Positions 28,005-36,796 of a stretch of DNA of 64,000 nt are shown piece by piece (positions within the stretch are counted from its first letter, which is position 1; each line of letters starts with the position of its first letter). The notes under the pieces are model-generated. The model ran no database searches, was not told the origin of the DNA, and saw only the letters and a program-made list of their open reading frames with translations. This DNA is from a virus: the IMG/VR virus record IMGVR_UViG_3300021963_000080, positions 1 through 64,000 of that record; one strand, written 5' to 3'. The position numbers and the translations under genes were made by a program.

Positions 28005-28602
28005 ATGGATTACGTAGATTTCAGCAAAGACCGTAAATTGGACAAGATTCAAGAGTTCGGTTTTAAGGCAGTTGGTTATGTGTTGGCGTTTGGTGCCGGC
28101 TTTGTGTTTTGCATGTTGGCTTTTGGAGTTTAATTATGAATATCTCAAATTTGGAACAATACGTCGAGCGTAAGAATTCATGGGGTCGTATTTTCAACAG
28201 CAAGCAGTTGTCTTTGTTGAATGCGAAGGATCGTCAGTCAATCGCAAATTCAATCGATGCGGACATGAGTCCTGAGAATTTGACATGCGATGGTGAGTTG
28301 CCTCGCAACCAAGTTCGTGCACGTGTCAAGTTCCTCTCTCGCTGTGCTGAGGAGTTGCTGTCAATCGATCCAAACGTCACTTTTTCTGAGATGGGAGTTT
28401 AATTATGTACAACGTCGTTGAAAATCCGATTCCCCGCAGTGGTTTGTTTGCAACTCCGACTCTGGATCAGATCGCAAACCAGATCGAGGGATTCCCTCCC
28501 GAGCAAAAAGCTCAGCTGTATTTGGTGATGCAATTGACACTCAATGCATGTCACCAGCTCGTGGAAGACAAGATCCTGTCGAAGGAAATCTTCGCATGCT
28601 GA
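28005..28602 (+). other. Three small early ORFs (28005-28133 membrane peptide, 28136-28402, 28405-28602)
   Basis: RBS-led contiguous ORFs; MSPENLTCDGEL motif in the second. Confidence 0.7.
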
Positions 28603-28895
28603 TGTTGGCTGAGCAGACTCAGTGGACTGACGGTCTTAAGAACGGCGTCTATTTGACAGACGATTCGAAGTCCAAGATGCTGGGGTTTGCAAAGCACGGG
28701 AGTTCTGAATTCAAGATGTTCAAACACCCGATTCGGTTTGACATCAGGGGACGCAAGTTCCTCGAGCTGATGAGAGTGCCTGATGAACAAGAGGGCAGAA
28801 AAGTCGAGGGTTCTAAGGGGGCCGTATATTATGTGCTAGACAATAAGTGCACGTGCCCGGGTTTTAAATACAGAGGAGAATGCAAGCATGTTTAA
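28596..28895 (+). CDS. SWIM zinc-finger protein
   Basis: VEGSKG..YYV...CTCPGFKYRGECKH. Confidence 0.8.
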   Translation: MLMLAEQTQWTDGLKNGVYLTDDSKSKMLGFAKHGSSEFKMFKHPIRFDIRGRKFLELMRVPDEQEGRKVEGSKGAVYYVLDNKCTCPGFKYRGECKHV

Positions 28896-29151
28896 TACAC
28901 AATCAACATCAAAGGCTAGACTGAAGAACGACACTCTCGGAGAAGACGCTCTGACAGGACTCTATGATGCATTCGTCAAGATGCCCGATGCGGAGTTCGA
29001 AGCTCTCTGCGTCTCAGTCGTACAGGCTGGCGGTGGCAAGCAACCACGCAAGGATGAGATCATCGCTGCGATCTACGCTACGAACTCTAAGAGCAGTAAG
29101 CTGAAGAAGGCACAGGACTTCATCCTAGCAGGGATGGGACTAGGCGTCTGA
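28888..29151 (+). CDS. Hypothetical protein
   Basis: GAGGAG RBS; last ORF of the early module. Confidence 0.65.
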   Translation: MFNTQSTSKARLKNDTLGEDALTGLYDAFVKMPDAEFEALCVSVVQAGGGKQPRKDEIIAAIYATNSKSSKLKKAQDFILAGMGLGV

Positions 29152-29270
29152 CGCTGGGGGCGAAAGCCCCATGGGGGGGTATTTTAGTTTCCGGATTTAT
29201 ATAACGGCCGTACGTATAATCAACGACCCCCCATTTCATTCCAAATCCGGTTTCTAACTAAATCGCAGTC

Positions 29271-29345
29271 TGAAATTTTTTTGCGGGGGGGCTGGTTCCA
29301 AATTGCGTTTTATATAAAAGCGCCGGTTGAAATTTTTTTGCGGGG
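29271..29345. repeat. 18-bp direct repeat flanking an AT palindrome
   Basis: TGAAATTTTTTTGCGGGG at 29271-29288 and 29328-29345, with TTTTATATAAAA between them. Confidence 0.75.
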
Positions 29346-29415
29346 AAAACCACGCAAAGTTGCCTTTTATAATGTTTTGCTGTATTGTGAGTAAATTAAC
29401 TAAGGAGAGTGTGTT

Positions 29416-29787
29416 ATGGGGATGTATGTCTACAGAGTAACAAAGGACCGTGTTGTGATTGATGGTAGGAAATGTCAGATCGCTATATTTGCCTACAAAC
29501 CTACTTACAGTGGATCTATGATCGGGGACAAGTATTTGTCTGCTGAACAGATTAATACAAAGTGGGCATTTAGGTCTGGGTGTATGGCTAAGACTAATAT
29601 TACTACAGATTACATTGCTATTATGTCTAATGATAAAGTACACTGTACTGTATACGGGAATCCTAATAGGCTAAGGACATTCTATGATGATGTTACAATG
29701 GGAACCGACAAAATGCCGTATATTGCAAGTTATGAGCTAAGGGAAGGCGTGTATCACTGTTCTGAGCCGGAGTTACAATATGCTTGA
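29416..29787 (+). CDS. Hypothetical protein
   Basis: AAGGAG RBS. Confidence 0.7.
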   Translation: MGMYVYRVTKDRVVIDGRKCQIAIFAYKPTYSGSMIGDKYLSAEQINTKWAFRSGCMAKTNITTDYIAIMSNDKVHCTVYGNPNRLRTFYDDVTMGTDKMPYIASYELREGVYHCSEPELQYA

Positions 29788-30178
29788 TTGCCTAATACTA
29801 GGAGATAGTATTGCAGCTGGGACGCTGAAAGCAAGGCCTGAATGTGTAGGATATGTTCAAAGCGGTATTAATAGCCATAATTGGTTGAATAAGTTTGTAT
29901 CTGATTCTCCGTATGTTGCTGGAACTGTTATTATTAGCTTAGGGTCTAATGATTATAAAGATATTAAGACCGAGAGTGAATTGAGAGCTATCAGACAATT
30001 GACAAAGGGAAATAGGGTATACTGGATTGTTCCTGCAAATAAGCAGAACATCAAAGATATTGTTTTCAAAATTGCAAACGACTACCATGACCGTGTTGTC
30101 AAGATTGCAGATCTCTCTACAGACGGTGTCCATCCTACTGCAAAAGGATATAAGATGATTGCGGAGCAAACGAAATGA
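29780..30178 (+). CDS. SGNH/GDSL hydrolase
   Basis: ILGDSIA, ISLGSND and DGVHP motifs. Confidence 0.85.
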   Translation: MLDCLILGDSIAAGTLKARPECVGYVQSGINSHNWLNKFVSDSPYVAGTVIISLGSNDYKDIKTESELRAIRQLTKGNRVYWIVPANKQNIKDIVFKIANDYHDRVVKIADLSTDGVHPTAKGYKMIAEQTK

Positions 30179-30586
30179 CATGGGAACAATATAAAGAAAA
30201 TTGTACTACTGAGAATTTAGTACAAATAGCGAAAGAAGCTGGATTTGTTTGCCACTACGATCCGTTGCATAAATTCCACTCGATTATCGGAAACGATGAT
30301 GACCTTCGTCGGTTCTATCAACTAACAGCAGGACAGATCATCCTTGAGCAAATCGCGCAAGACGCACAGCGTTTAGGACTATACGAATGAGCAGCCGGAT
30401 GCGAGACCAATTCATTGCGTCTGTCCATGTACTAAAAAATCGGCCTCCTTTGCTGAAGGAGTGCTTGAAGGCAGCGGAAGTGTGGAAAAAAATCGGGGAT
30501 TTAACAGCAGAGGAATACGACCTTATTATTGCCGCTACTAAAACACCCGCGGTTTTACAGGGCGTGAAATAATTATCAGAAAACTG

Positions 30587-30615
30587 TTGCCTTTTTATTA
30601 AAATAACGTTATAAT
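30587..30615 (+). promoter_or_regulatory. sigma70-type promoter
   Basis: TTGCCT-17 nt-TATAAT. Confidence 0.75.
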
Positions 30616-30670
30616 AGAGTCATGGTGAGAAAAACACCTAATCTTATTAACTTGATGAAGGATATTTAAA

Positions 30671-31621
30671 ATGGCTCATATGATCGAAACTATTGCATAC
30701 GCTGGCGAAGTTCCTTGGCACGGTCTTGGCACTAAAGTACCGGCTGATTTGTCCCCTGCGCAGATGCTTGAGAAAGCAGGACTTGATTGGACAGTCGAGA
30801 AAACTCCCGCTTTTGCTAATATTGATGGCAAACAAGTATCAGTCGGCTGGTCCGCTCTGACACGTAGTTCTGATAATTCGATTCTCTCTGTTGTATCAAA
30901 TGACTGGAATCCAGTCCAGAATCACGAAGCATTCGAATTCTTCGACGAGTATTGTCGCGTTGGTGATATGGAAATGCATACAGCTGGAAGTTTAAAGGAC
31001 GGACAGATTGTATGGGGGTTGGCTAAAGTGAAAGACTCATTCGATCTGTTCAAAGGTGACCAAGTAGATTCATACTTGCTGTTTACTAACCCGCATAAGT
31101 TCGGACAGTGTATTGACGTTCGTTTCACTCCTATCCGCGTTGTCTGCAACAACACTCTGACACTTTCGCTTTCACAGAAATCTGACCGCGTTGTAAAGAA
31201 AAACCACCGGACAGAATTCAATGCGGCTGAAGTAAAACAAACTCTTGGTATCGCTACCGAGAAGCTCGCTAAGTATAAAGAGATGGCTGCATTCTTGGGT
31301 AGCAAGCGCTATACTGAAGAAACTGCTAAACAATACTTCAACGCCGTGTTCCCTGTTATTGCATACAACAAGGAAAAAGGACCACAACGCAAAGAGTTGT
31401 CCAAGTCTGCTACCCGTGCTTTGGAAGTACTCGGCACTCAACCCGGCGCTCGCTTTGCTGAGGGTTCGTGGTGGCAAGCATTCAACGCTGTGACATATTT
31501 GACCGACCACGAAATCGGTCGCTCACAAGATACTCGTCTACAGTCTGCTTGGTTTGGTGCTAATAAGAACCTAAAACTGAAAGCGCTCGAGACTGCAGTA
31601 GAGTTTGCTGAAGCAGCATAA
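30671..31621 (+). CDS. DUF932-family phage/plasmid protein
   Basis: VPWHGLG, PVQNHEAF, TAGSL, TPIRVVCNNTL, WQAFNAVTYLTDH motifs. Confidence 0.85.
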   Translation: MAHMIETIAYAGEVPWHGLGTKVPADLSPAQMLEKAGLDWTVEKTPAFANIDGKQVSVGWSALTRSSDNSILSVVSNDWNPVQNHEAFEFFDEYCRVGDMEMHTAGSLKDGQIVWGLAKVKDSFDLFKGDQVDSYLLFTNPHKFGQCIDVRFTPIRVVCNNTLTLSLSQKSDRVVKKNHRTEFNAAEVKQTLGIATEKLAKYKEMAAFLGSKRYTEETAKQYFNAVFPVIAYNKEKGPQRKELSKSATRALEVLGTQPGARFAEGSWWQAFNAVTYLTDHEIGRSQDTRLQSAWFGANKNLKLKALETAVEFAEAA

Positions 31622-31636
31622 CTCAAACAAACGGTC

Positions 31637-31676
31637 AAGAGGGGGCGTTGCCCCCTTTTCGTTTTTGTGGTATCAT
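31637..31676 (+). terminator. Terminator overlapping a probable tmRNA promoter
   Basis: GGGGGC-GTT-GCCCCC-TTTT hairpin; TTGCCC(31648)-17 nt-TATCAT(31671); GATAAATA at 31681. Confidence 0.65.
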
Positions 31677-31689
31677 ACTGGATAAATAA

Positions 31690-32008
31690 AGATATTGTTG
31701 TAATCCCTTCAAAGCGAAGGAATTCTGGACGTGGGTTCGACTCCCACCAGGTCCACCAGAAAGAGTATTATAGTGGGTTCGCAAGTATGAGTCGCATTCT
31801 AAAGAGTGCCCTTGAACTGGATATAGTATTCTTCCTAATGGGCCTGCCATGGTTTCGACAGGGTTAGATAGCAGAGACGGCAACACGGTAGGCGATGACC
31901 GTAAATCAAGCAAAATTAATAACTGCAAACGATGAGTTATTCCTAGCAGCTGCTTAATTGCACTGCATGAGTTTTGCTAGTTGAACTTGGAAACAGAATC
32001 AACTAGCC
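31690..32008 (+). ncRNA. ssrA: Circularly permuted two-piece tmRNA
   Basis: T-arm GTGGGTTCGACTCCCAC plus CAGGTCCACCA (CCA end 31758) precedes the 5' piece GGGCCTG...GGTTTCGAC (from 31840); acceptor stem has G3.U; tag ANDELFLAAA* at 31925-31957; outer ends approximate. Confidence 0.92.
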
Positions 32009-32039
32009 ATTATGTTTAATAACAAAAAAGGTATTTTTT

Positions 32040-32492
32040 ATGAAATTGAAATTAGCATTAGTTATTGCCTTGCTTACTACATCCGGCATTGCATCAGCAA
32101 TCGAAGTAGGTATCAACGCAGGCCGCTCATTCACTGGTACTGATCGTAACAACACCGGTATCACAATTGGCCAAAAGACTGGCGCAGTTGGAATTGAAGC
32201 TGGGTTTGATGCATTCCGTAGTGGTGTAGATCAAAACCGTTGGTCATTGATCGGCTCCTATGATGTTACTAAAGTTGCTGGCACAACCGTTGCTGTTAAA
32301 GCCGGCGGTGCATGGCTAGACAACAAAGGTACGACAAGTGATGGCTACACCGCTCTTGTTGGTGCTGGTGCATCATACCCACTATCTAAACAATTAGCAT
32401 TGACTGCTGACTATAAATATCAGATAGGTCAAAAGCGAGTAGATCAATTCAACGGTAGCAACGTTACTGCTGGCTTGAAGTATTCGTTCTAA
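32040..32492 (+). CDS. Outer-membrane beta-barrel protein (OmpA/Ail/Lom-like)
   Basis: Signal peptide (ASA), alternating beta-strands, C-terminal GLKYSF. Confidence 0.85.
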   Translation: MKLKLALVIALLTTSGIASAIEVGINAGRSFTGTDRNNTGITIGQKTGAVGIEAGFDAFRSGVDQNRWSLIGSYDVTKVAGTTVAVKAGGAWLDNKGTTSDGYTALVGAGASYPLSKQLALTADYKYQIGQKRVDQFNGSNVTAGLKYSF

Positions 32493-32496
32493 ATAC

Positions 32497-32530
32497 ATTG
32501 AGGAGTTGATGGATCTCAATAAAACCATCA
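32497..32530 (+). promoter_or_regulatory. Predicted H-type pseudoknot in a 5' leader
   Basis: ATTGAG/CTCAAT interleaved with TGATGG/CCATCA. Confidence 0.55.
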
Positions 32531-32562
32531 TTTTATAAACACACACAAAAAGGAGACACACA

Positions 32563-32778
32563 ATGTCTAAAACTCCATACGAGATTCGTCTCGATCTAAT
32601 TAAGATGGCTCAAGACCAACTTAACCAAAGGTACTACAATCAGTTCGAAGTGGCAAGACACAACGCACAGATTGCTAGCGCACCCTTGAACGAAGTGCCT
32701 GATTTTCCAAGCACTGAACAATTGTTACTAGAGGCTGAAAAGCTGAAACAATTCGTAGATAAAGCTGACAAAAGCTAA
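32563..32778 (+). CDS. Conserved small T4-like phage protein
   Basis: MSKTPYEIRLDLIKMA...FPSTEQ...AEKLKQFV; AAGGAG RBS. Confidence 0.75.
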   Translation: MSKTPYEIRLDLIKMAQDQLNQRYYNQFEVARHNAQIASAPLNEVPDFPSTEQLLLEAEKLKQFVDKADKS

Positions 32779-32781
32779 ATC

Positions 32782-32811
32782 GGGGGGCGTCAAGCCCCTT
32801 TTGTATAAATA
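32782..32811 (+). promoter_or_regulatory. Terminator followed by a T4 late promoter
   Basis: GGGGC-GTCAA-GCCCC-TTTT, then exact TATAAATA at 32804-32811. Confidence 0.75.
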
Positions 32812-32816
32812 ACCTT

Positions 32817-33440
32817 ATGTTTACTGTAAATAAGCAAACAAAGGTATACGAAAATCCAACTTGTAGTAGGGCAATAGACGAACACAAGGTGTTCACCAAA
32901 AGCTCTCACTACTTTGATAAAGACGGATTTGAATTAACACACGTAGAAAGAGAATTCTACTACGTTAATGGGTATACAATAACGGACATACTCAACCACA
33001 CATGCTGTCAACAACCATGGATGACAGTTAAGTCCGATAATTTTTTATTGGACCATTGCATCATACTCCATAGATGCAATTTCGAGGGAGCAGCAAAAGA
33101 GCAGCTTCTTTTTTACAAACACCAAGTCCCAACACTAAGCCAGTTGCTACAGTGTAAACAAAAATGGGGTTTGGATCTTGCACTCGACTACTTCGATGGA
33201 GAAGATATGTACGAAGTACTACACGTCGAACAAGATTTCAATACTTTACAGGAGTGTACTGCCTATAAGGAAAACATCGAGAAGTTTGTCTTTGCCATTG
33301 ATTGGGAAGACGCAGCAAAGCGATTGATTGCAAGGAAGGACGAATGGTCTTCTTTAATCGGATTTGCGCAGAACGATTGGAAAGCTAGATTTTTTGGCTT
33401 CCCTAAAGCAGAACTAACCCACAAAGCTCTAGTGTACTAA
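32817..33440 (+). CDS. Hypothetical late protein
   Basis: 207-aa ORF starting 5 nt after TATAAATA. Confidence 0.7.
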   Translation: MFTVNKQTKVYENPTCSRAIDEHKVFTKSSHYFDKDGFELTHVEREFYYVNGYTITDILNHTCCQQPWMTVKSDNFLLDHCIILHRCNFEGAAKEQLLFYKHQVPTLSQLLQCKQKWGLDLALDYFDGEDMYEVLHVEQDFNTLQECTAYKENIEKFVFAIDWEDAAKRLIARKDEWSSLIGFAQNDWKARFFGFPKAELTHKALVY

Positions 33441-33554
33441 CAGTACCAAACAAATTCCAAGTACATAGACACATACTAGGCAGAACATCTGCCAGTAGAC
33501 TTTTGTGCCGTTTAATGGTACAATGATTGGAGCTTTTAAAATTAAGGAGGTATT

Positions 33555-34127
33555 ATGAATAGGACATCTTATGCGCCTATGCTTAAAAACTTCGAACTTA
33601 TGTTCAAAGGATTTTTCTTCATCGTAGGTCTTTTAGTAGTCGCTATGTTACTTAACACAGCAGTCAACGTCAGAATGGACAACTACACTAAAATGACAGG
33701 CCTACCAGCTCATATGTCCGTCAAGGAGAAAGAGCAACAAATGCAATGCCTGACGCAGAACATTTATTGGGAAGCAGCATCAGAGCCTTTTGAAGGCAAG
33801 GTCGCTGTGGCACAAGTCACTATGAATAGAATGAATAGTGGCAAATTTCCAGAAACTGTTTGCGGTGTGGTACAACAACGAAATATATTCTACGATAAAG
33901 TCGTTTGCCAGTTTTCGTGGTTTTGTGAATCGACATATAAGACAAGACCAGTTCATCCTAAAATGTGGGATGAGAGTGAGGCTGTAGCAAAGAAAGTATT
34001 GTTCGAGGGGTTTAGACTCGATGGTTTGAAAGAGGCTCTATACTACCATGCGGATTACGTCAATCCAAAATGGAACAAAGAGCGAGTTACTAAAATAGGT
34101 CAACATATTTTTTATAAGGATAGATAA
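33555..34127 (+). CDS. SleB-like cell wall hydrolase (Hydrolase_2) with N-terminal TM anchor
   Basis: CLTQNIYWEA, AVAQVTMNR, CQFSW, YYHADYVNPKW, IGQHIFY. Confidence 0.9.
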   Translation: MNRTSYAPMLKNFELMFKGFFFIVGLLVVAMLLNTAVNVRMDNYTKMTGLPAHMSVKEKEQQMQCLTQNIYWEAASEPFEGKVAVAQVTMNRMNSGKFPETVCGVVQQRNIFYDKVVCQFSWFCESTYKTRPVHPKMWDESEAVAKKVLFEGFRLDGLKEALYYHADYVNPKWNKERVTKIGQHIFYKDR

Positions 34128-34439
34128 ATGGAAAAGTTCGATTTAATTCTAATGGCGTGTAAGAAGTTCGTAGCTGAAAAGTTCTCACATCTGTCATCGG
34201 AAGCTGTCGGGTGGCTAGCAATAGTGTTTATTCATTGTGCTACAATTCCATCGATCCTTTCACTAATAATTGGTCTATCAGATAAGCTGCCATCTCTTGA
34301 TGTTGTTATGTTTGCATGGGGTGGCTTGTTGTTGATGTTTATCAAATCTTTGATACAACGCGACATGCTTAATATTATTACAATTGGCGTTGGATTTTTT
34401 ATCCAAGCGTTCTTACTAGCACTGGTCGTGTTTAAATGA
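34128..34439 (+). CDS. Small multi-pass membrane protein (possible holin)
   Basis: Three hydrophobic segments; abuts the hydrolase gene. Confidence 0.55.
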   Translation: MEKFDLILMACKKFVAEKFSHLSSEAVGWLAIVFIHCATIPSILSLIIGLSDKLPSLDVVMFAWGGLLLMFIKSLIQRDMLNIITIGVGFFIQAFLLALVVFK

Positions 34440-34678
34440 TTGAAGATCAAATTAATGAAATTATAAACGTTCAAGACTTTCTCGTCACGATTGAAAAAAT
34501 CGCTGAGGAAAAACGAATGGAATATCTTGACGCAGTATTATATTACTGTAGTCAGACTGGACTTGAGATTGAAACAGCAGCCGACTTGATAAGACGTAAT
34601 GCGAAGATGAAAGCGCGGGTACGTCTTGATGCTGAGGGTCTTGGGTATTTTCCTAAAACTGCAAAACTACCTATATGA
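34436..34678 (+). CDS. gp33: Late promoter transcription coactivator gp33
   Basis: IEKIAEEKRMEYLDAVLYYC...LEIETAADLI pattern; synteny with gp59 and gp32. Confidence 0.85.
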   Translation: MIEDQINEIINVQDFLVTIEKIAEEKRMEYLDAVLYYCSQTGLEIETAADLIRRNAKMKARVRLDAEGLGYFPKTAKLPI

Positions 34679-35130
34679 AACCTTTTACACCAAAGCCCGT
34701 AGTTGGGTTTACGTGTGGAGCTTTTGATCTTTTTCATGCTGGCCATGTGCTAATGCTGGAAGAAGCAAAGCAACACTGTGATTATTTAATTGTCGGATTG
34801 CAATCTGATCCTTCTATTGATAGAGCATCTAAGAATAAACCAGTACAGAGCATTGTCGAGAGACAAGTTCAGGTTAAAGGATGCCGTCATGTAGACGAAG
34901 TTGTAATTTACGATACTGAGAAAGACTTAGAAGACCTATTCAAAACATTGCCGATCGATGTTCGTGTGATTGGTTCTGATTATAAGGATAGAGAATTCAC
35001 TGCAAAAGATTATTGCATTGACAATAATATTCAAATAGTGTATAATAAACGAACTCACTCATTCTCCACAACGGACTTGAGACAAAGAGTGTTCCTAGCG
35101 GAATCCATTAAACAACACTTAGAGCGATAA
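34675..35130 (+). CDS. Cytidylyltransferase (TagD-like)
   Basis: GAFDLFHAGH (HxGH) and RTHSFSTTDLR motifs. Confidence 0.88.
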   Translation: MKPFTPKPVVGFTCGAFDLFHAGHVLMLEEAKQHCDYLIVGLQSDPSIDRASKNKPVQSIVERQVQVKGCRHVDEVVIYDTEKDLEDLFKTLPIDVRVIGSDYKDREFTAKDYCIDNNIQIVYNKRTHSFSTTDLRQRVFLAESIKQHLER

Positions 35131-35131
35131 T

Positions 35132-35719
35132 ATGACTGGTTATGAGGCATACAAACTGTATGTCGCTTTGAAGAATCATTTTAATTCAGACACATACGAT
35201 TACTTTCGTTATGGAGGAAAGACAAGGGCTAATGCCAAGTCTTTTGAAATGCGCCATGACAAATACTTCTTCAATAAACTAGCAAAGCACAAGGACACCG
35301 AAAGGTTTGTCCTTGCTAATATTGTTGAAGATAATCCTAATGTTTGGGTTGGTGATTTAGCAAACGAACAGCAAGCTGAGAACAATTACAAGACGTGGTT
35401 GAAGCGTCAGGAATCGTTGTCCTATGTGTTCACAAATGATCTTGACAATCTCAGCCCGAGTTACAACGATAACCTTGTAGTGGAAGGATCCAACCATCCT
35501 TTACTGCTTAAGTTATTGATGCAGAAAAAAGTGTCATTGGAAACTATTGTTATCCTTAATGACCTTTGTGGTTTCTTTAGACATTGGAACAAGAAAATCG
35601 AAGAAGATGTTATTTGGCCAATGGTGTACAAGAAGTGCAAGAAGTACAGACCATTCCTTAAATTTGATAAGGATAAACTAAAACAAATTGTTGTTGACAA
35701 ATTCTCAACAATGAAGTAA
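35132..35719 (+). CDS. gp59: Helicase loader gp59
   Basis: YKLYVALKNHF..YDYFRYGGK, DKYFFNKLAK, SLETIVIL, KYRPFL. Confidence 0.88.
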   Translation: MTGYEAYKLYVALKNHFNSDTYDYFRYGGKTRANAKSFEMRHDKYFFNKLAKHKDTERFVLANIVEDNPNVWVGDLANEQQAENNYKTWLKRQESLSYVFTNDLDNLSPSYNDNLVVEGSNHPLLLKLLMQKKVSLETIVILNDLCGFFRHWNKKIEEDVIWPMVYKKCKKYRPFLKFDKDKLKQIVVDKFSTMK

Positions 35720-35797
35720 GATAAATACTTCTATATTATGCATAATGTGGATACGACGATTTAATACATTTTATACAACGCTTATACGGAGAAATAC

Positions 35798-36736
35798 ATG
35801 AGCTCATCATTTGCCTCACTCAAGAAAAACAGCAAGTCACAATTCGACAAGCTCGTTACAGAAGTTCAGAAACTGAACGCCCCCACCCAAGGTTCACAAG
35901 AAGATAATCGATTCTGGAAACCAGAAGTAGATAAAGCCGGTAATGGTTATGCCATCATCCGTTTCTTGCCTGCACCTGATGGTGAAGATAAACCATACGT
36001 ACGTATTTGGGATCATGGATTCCAAGGTCCTGGTGGCTGGTATATCGAAAAGTCTCTTACCACTCTCGGTGAGAAAGATCCAGTATCAGAATACAACTCT
36101 CAATTGTGGAACTCTGGTATTGAAGCGAACAAAGAATTGGTTCGCAAATACAAGCGCCGTCTCTCTTTCATCTCCAACATCTATGTTGTGAAAGATCCTG
36201 CCCATCCTGAAAACGAAGGCAAAGTAATGCTTTACAAGTATGGAAAGAAAATCTGGGACAAGATCGAACTCGCTATGAACCCAGAGTTTGAAGATGAACA
36301 GAAAATCAATCCATTTGACTTCTGGGAAGGTGCAAACTTCAAGTTGAAGATTCGTAATGTAGAAGGCTATCGCAATTACGATAAGTCTGAGTTTGAACCA
36401 GCAACAGCTCTATTCAATGACGATGAAGAGTTGGAAGCATTGTGGAAGCAAGAGCATTCGTTAGAATCTTTTGTTGCTCCTAAAGAGTTTAAGTCTTATG
36501 ATGAGTTGAAAGCTCGTCTAAACAAAGCTCTTGGATTAGATGGTAATCCAGCTGCTGCTCGTACAACTGCTGCACAAGCTACTACCCCACCATGGGATGA
36601 TGAGCCTGCAACAGCTGCTGCCCCTGTCGCTAAGACAATGGCACCAAAGCCTGCTCCTAAAAAGTCTCTAGATGAGTCGTTCGTAGAGGACGATGATAAT
36701 ATGGACTTCTTCAAGAAGCTCGCTGCTGAAGAGTAA
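35798..36736 (+). CDS. gp32: ssDNA-binding protein gp32
   Basis: RFWKPEVDKAGNGYAIIRFLP, YKYGKKIWDKI, NPFDFWEGANFKLK, acidic C-terminal tail. Confidence 0.96.
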   Translation: MSSSFASLKKNSKSQFDKLVTEVQKLNAPTQGSQEDNRFWKPEVDKAGNGYAIIRFLPAPDGEDKPYVRIWDHGFQGPGGWYIEKSLTTLGEKDPVSEYNSQLWNSGIEANKELVRKYKRRLSFISNIYVVKDPAHPENEGKVMLYKYGKKIWDKIELAMNPEFEDEQKINPFDFWEGANFKLKIRNVEGYRNYDKSEFEPATALFNDDEELEALWKQEHSLESFVAPKEFKSYDELKARLNKALGLDGNPAAARTTAAQATTPPWDDEPATAAAPVAKTMAPKPAPKKSLDESFVEDDDNMDFFKKLAAEE

Positions 36737-36763
36737 AAAGAAAGCCCCGAAAGGGGCTTTTTT
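36735..36763. terminator. Bidirectional terminator between convergent genes
   Basis: AAAGCCCC-GAAA-GGGGCTTT flanked by A and T runs. Confidence 0.85.
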
Positions 36764-36796
36764 ATTGGGAGATATGCTGGCTTAATACGACCTAGC

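Noticed and set aside
31727-31758. Stand-alone tRNA gene (GTTCGA...CCA)
   Set aside because: No D-arm or anticodon arm upstream; its acceptor partner is downstream at 31840, so it is the tmRNA acceptor piece.
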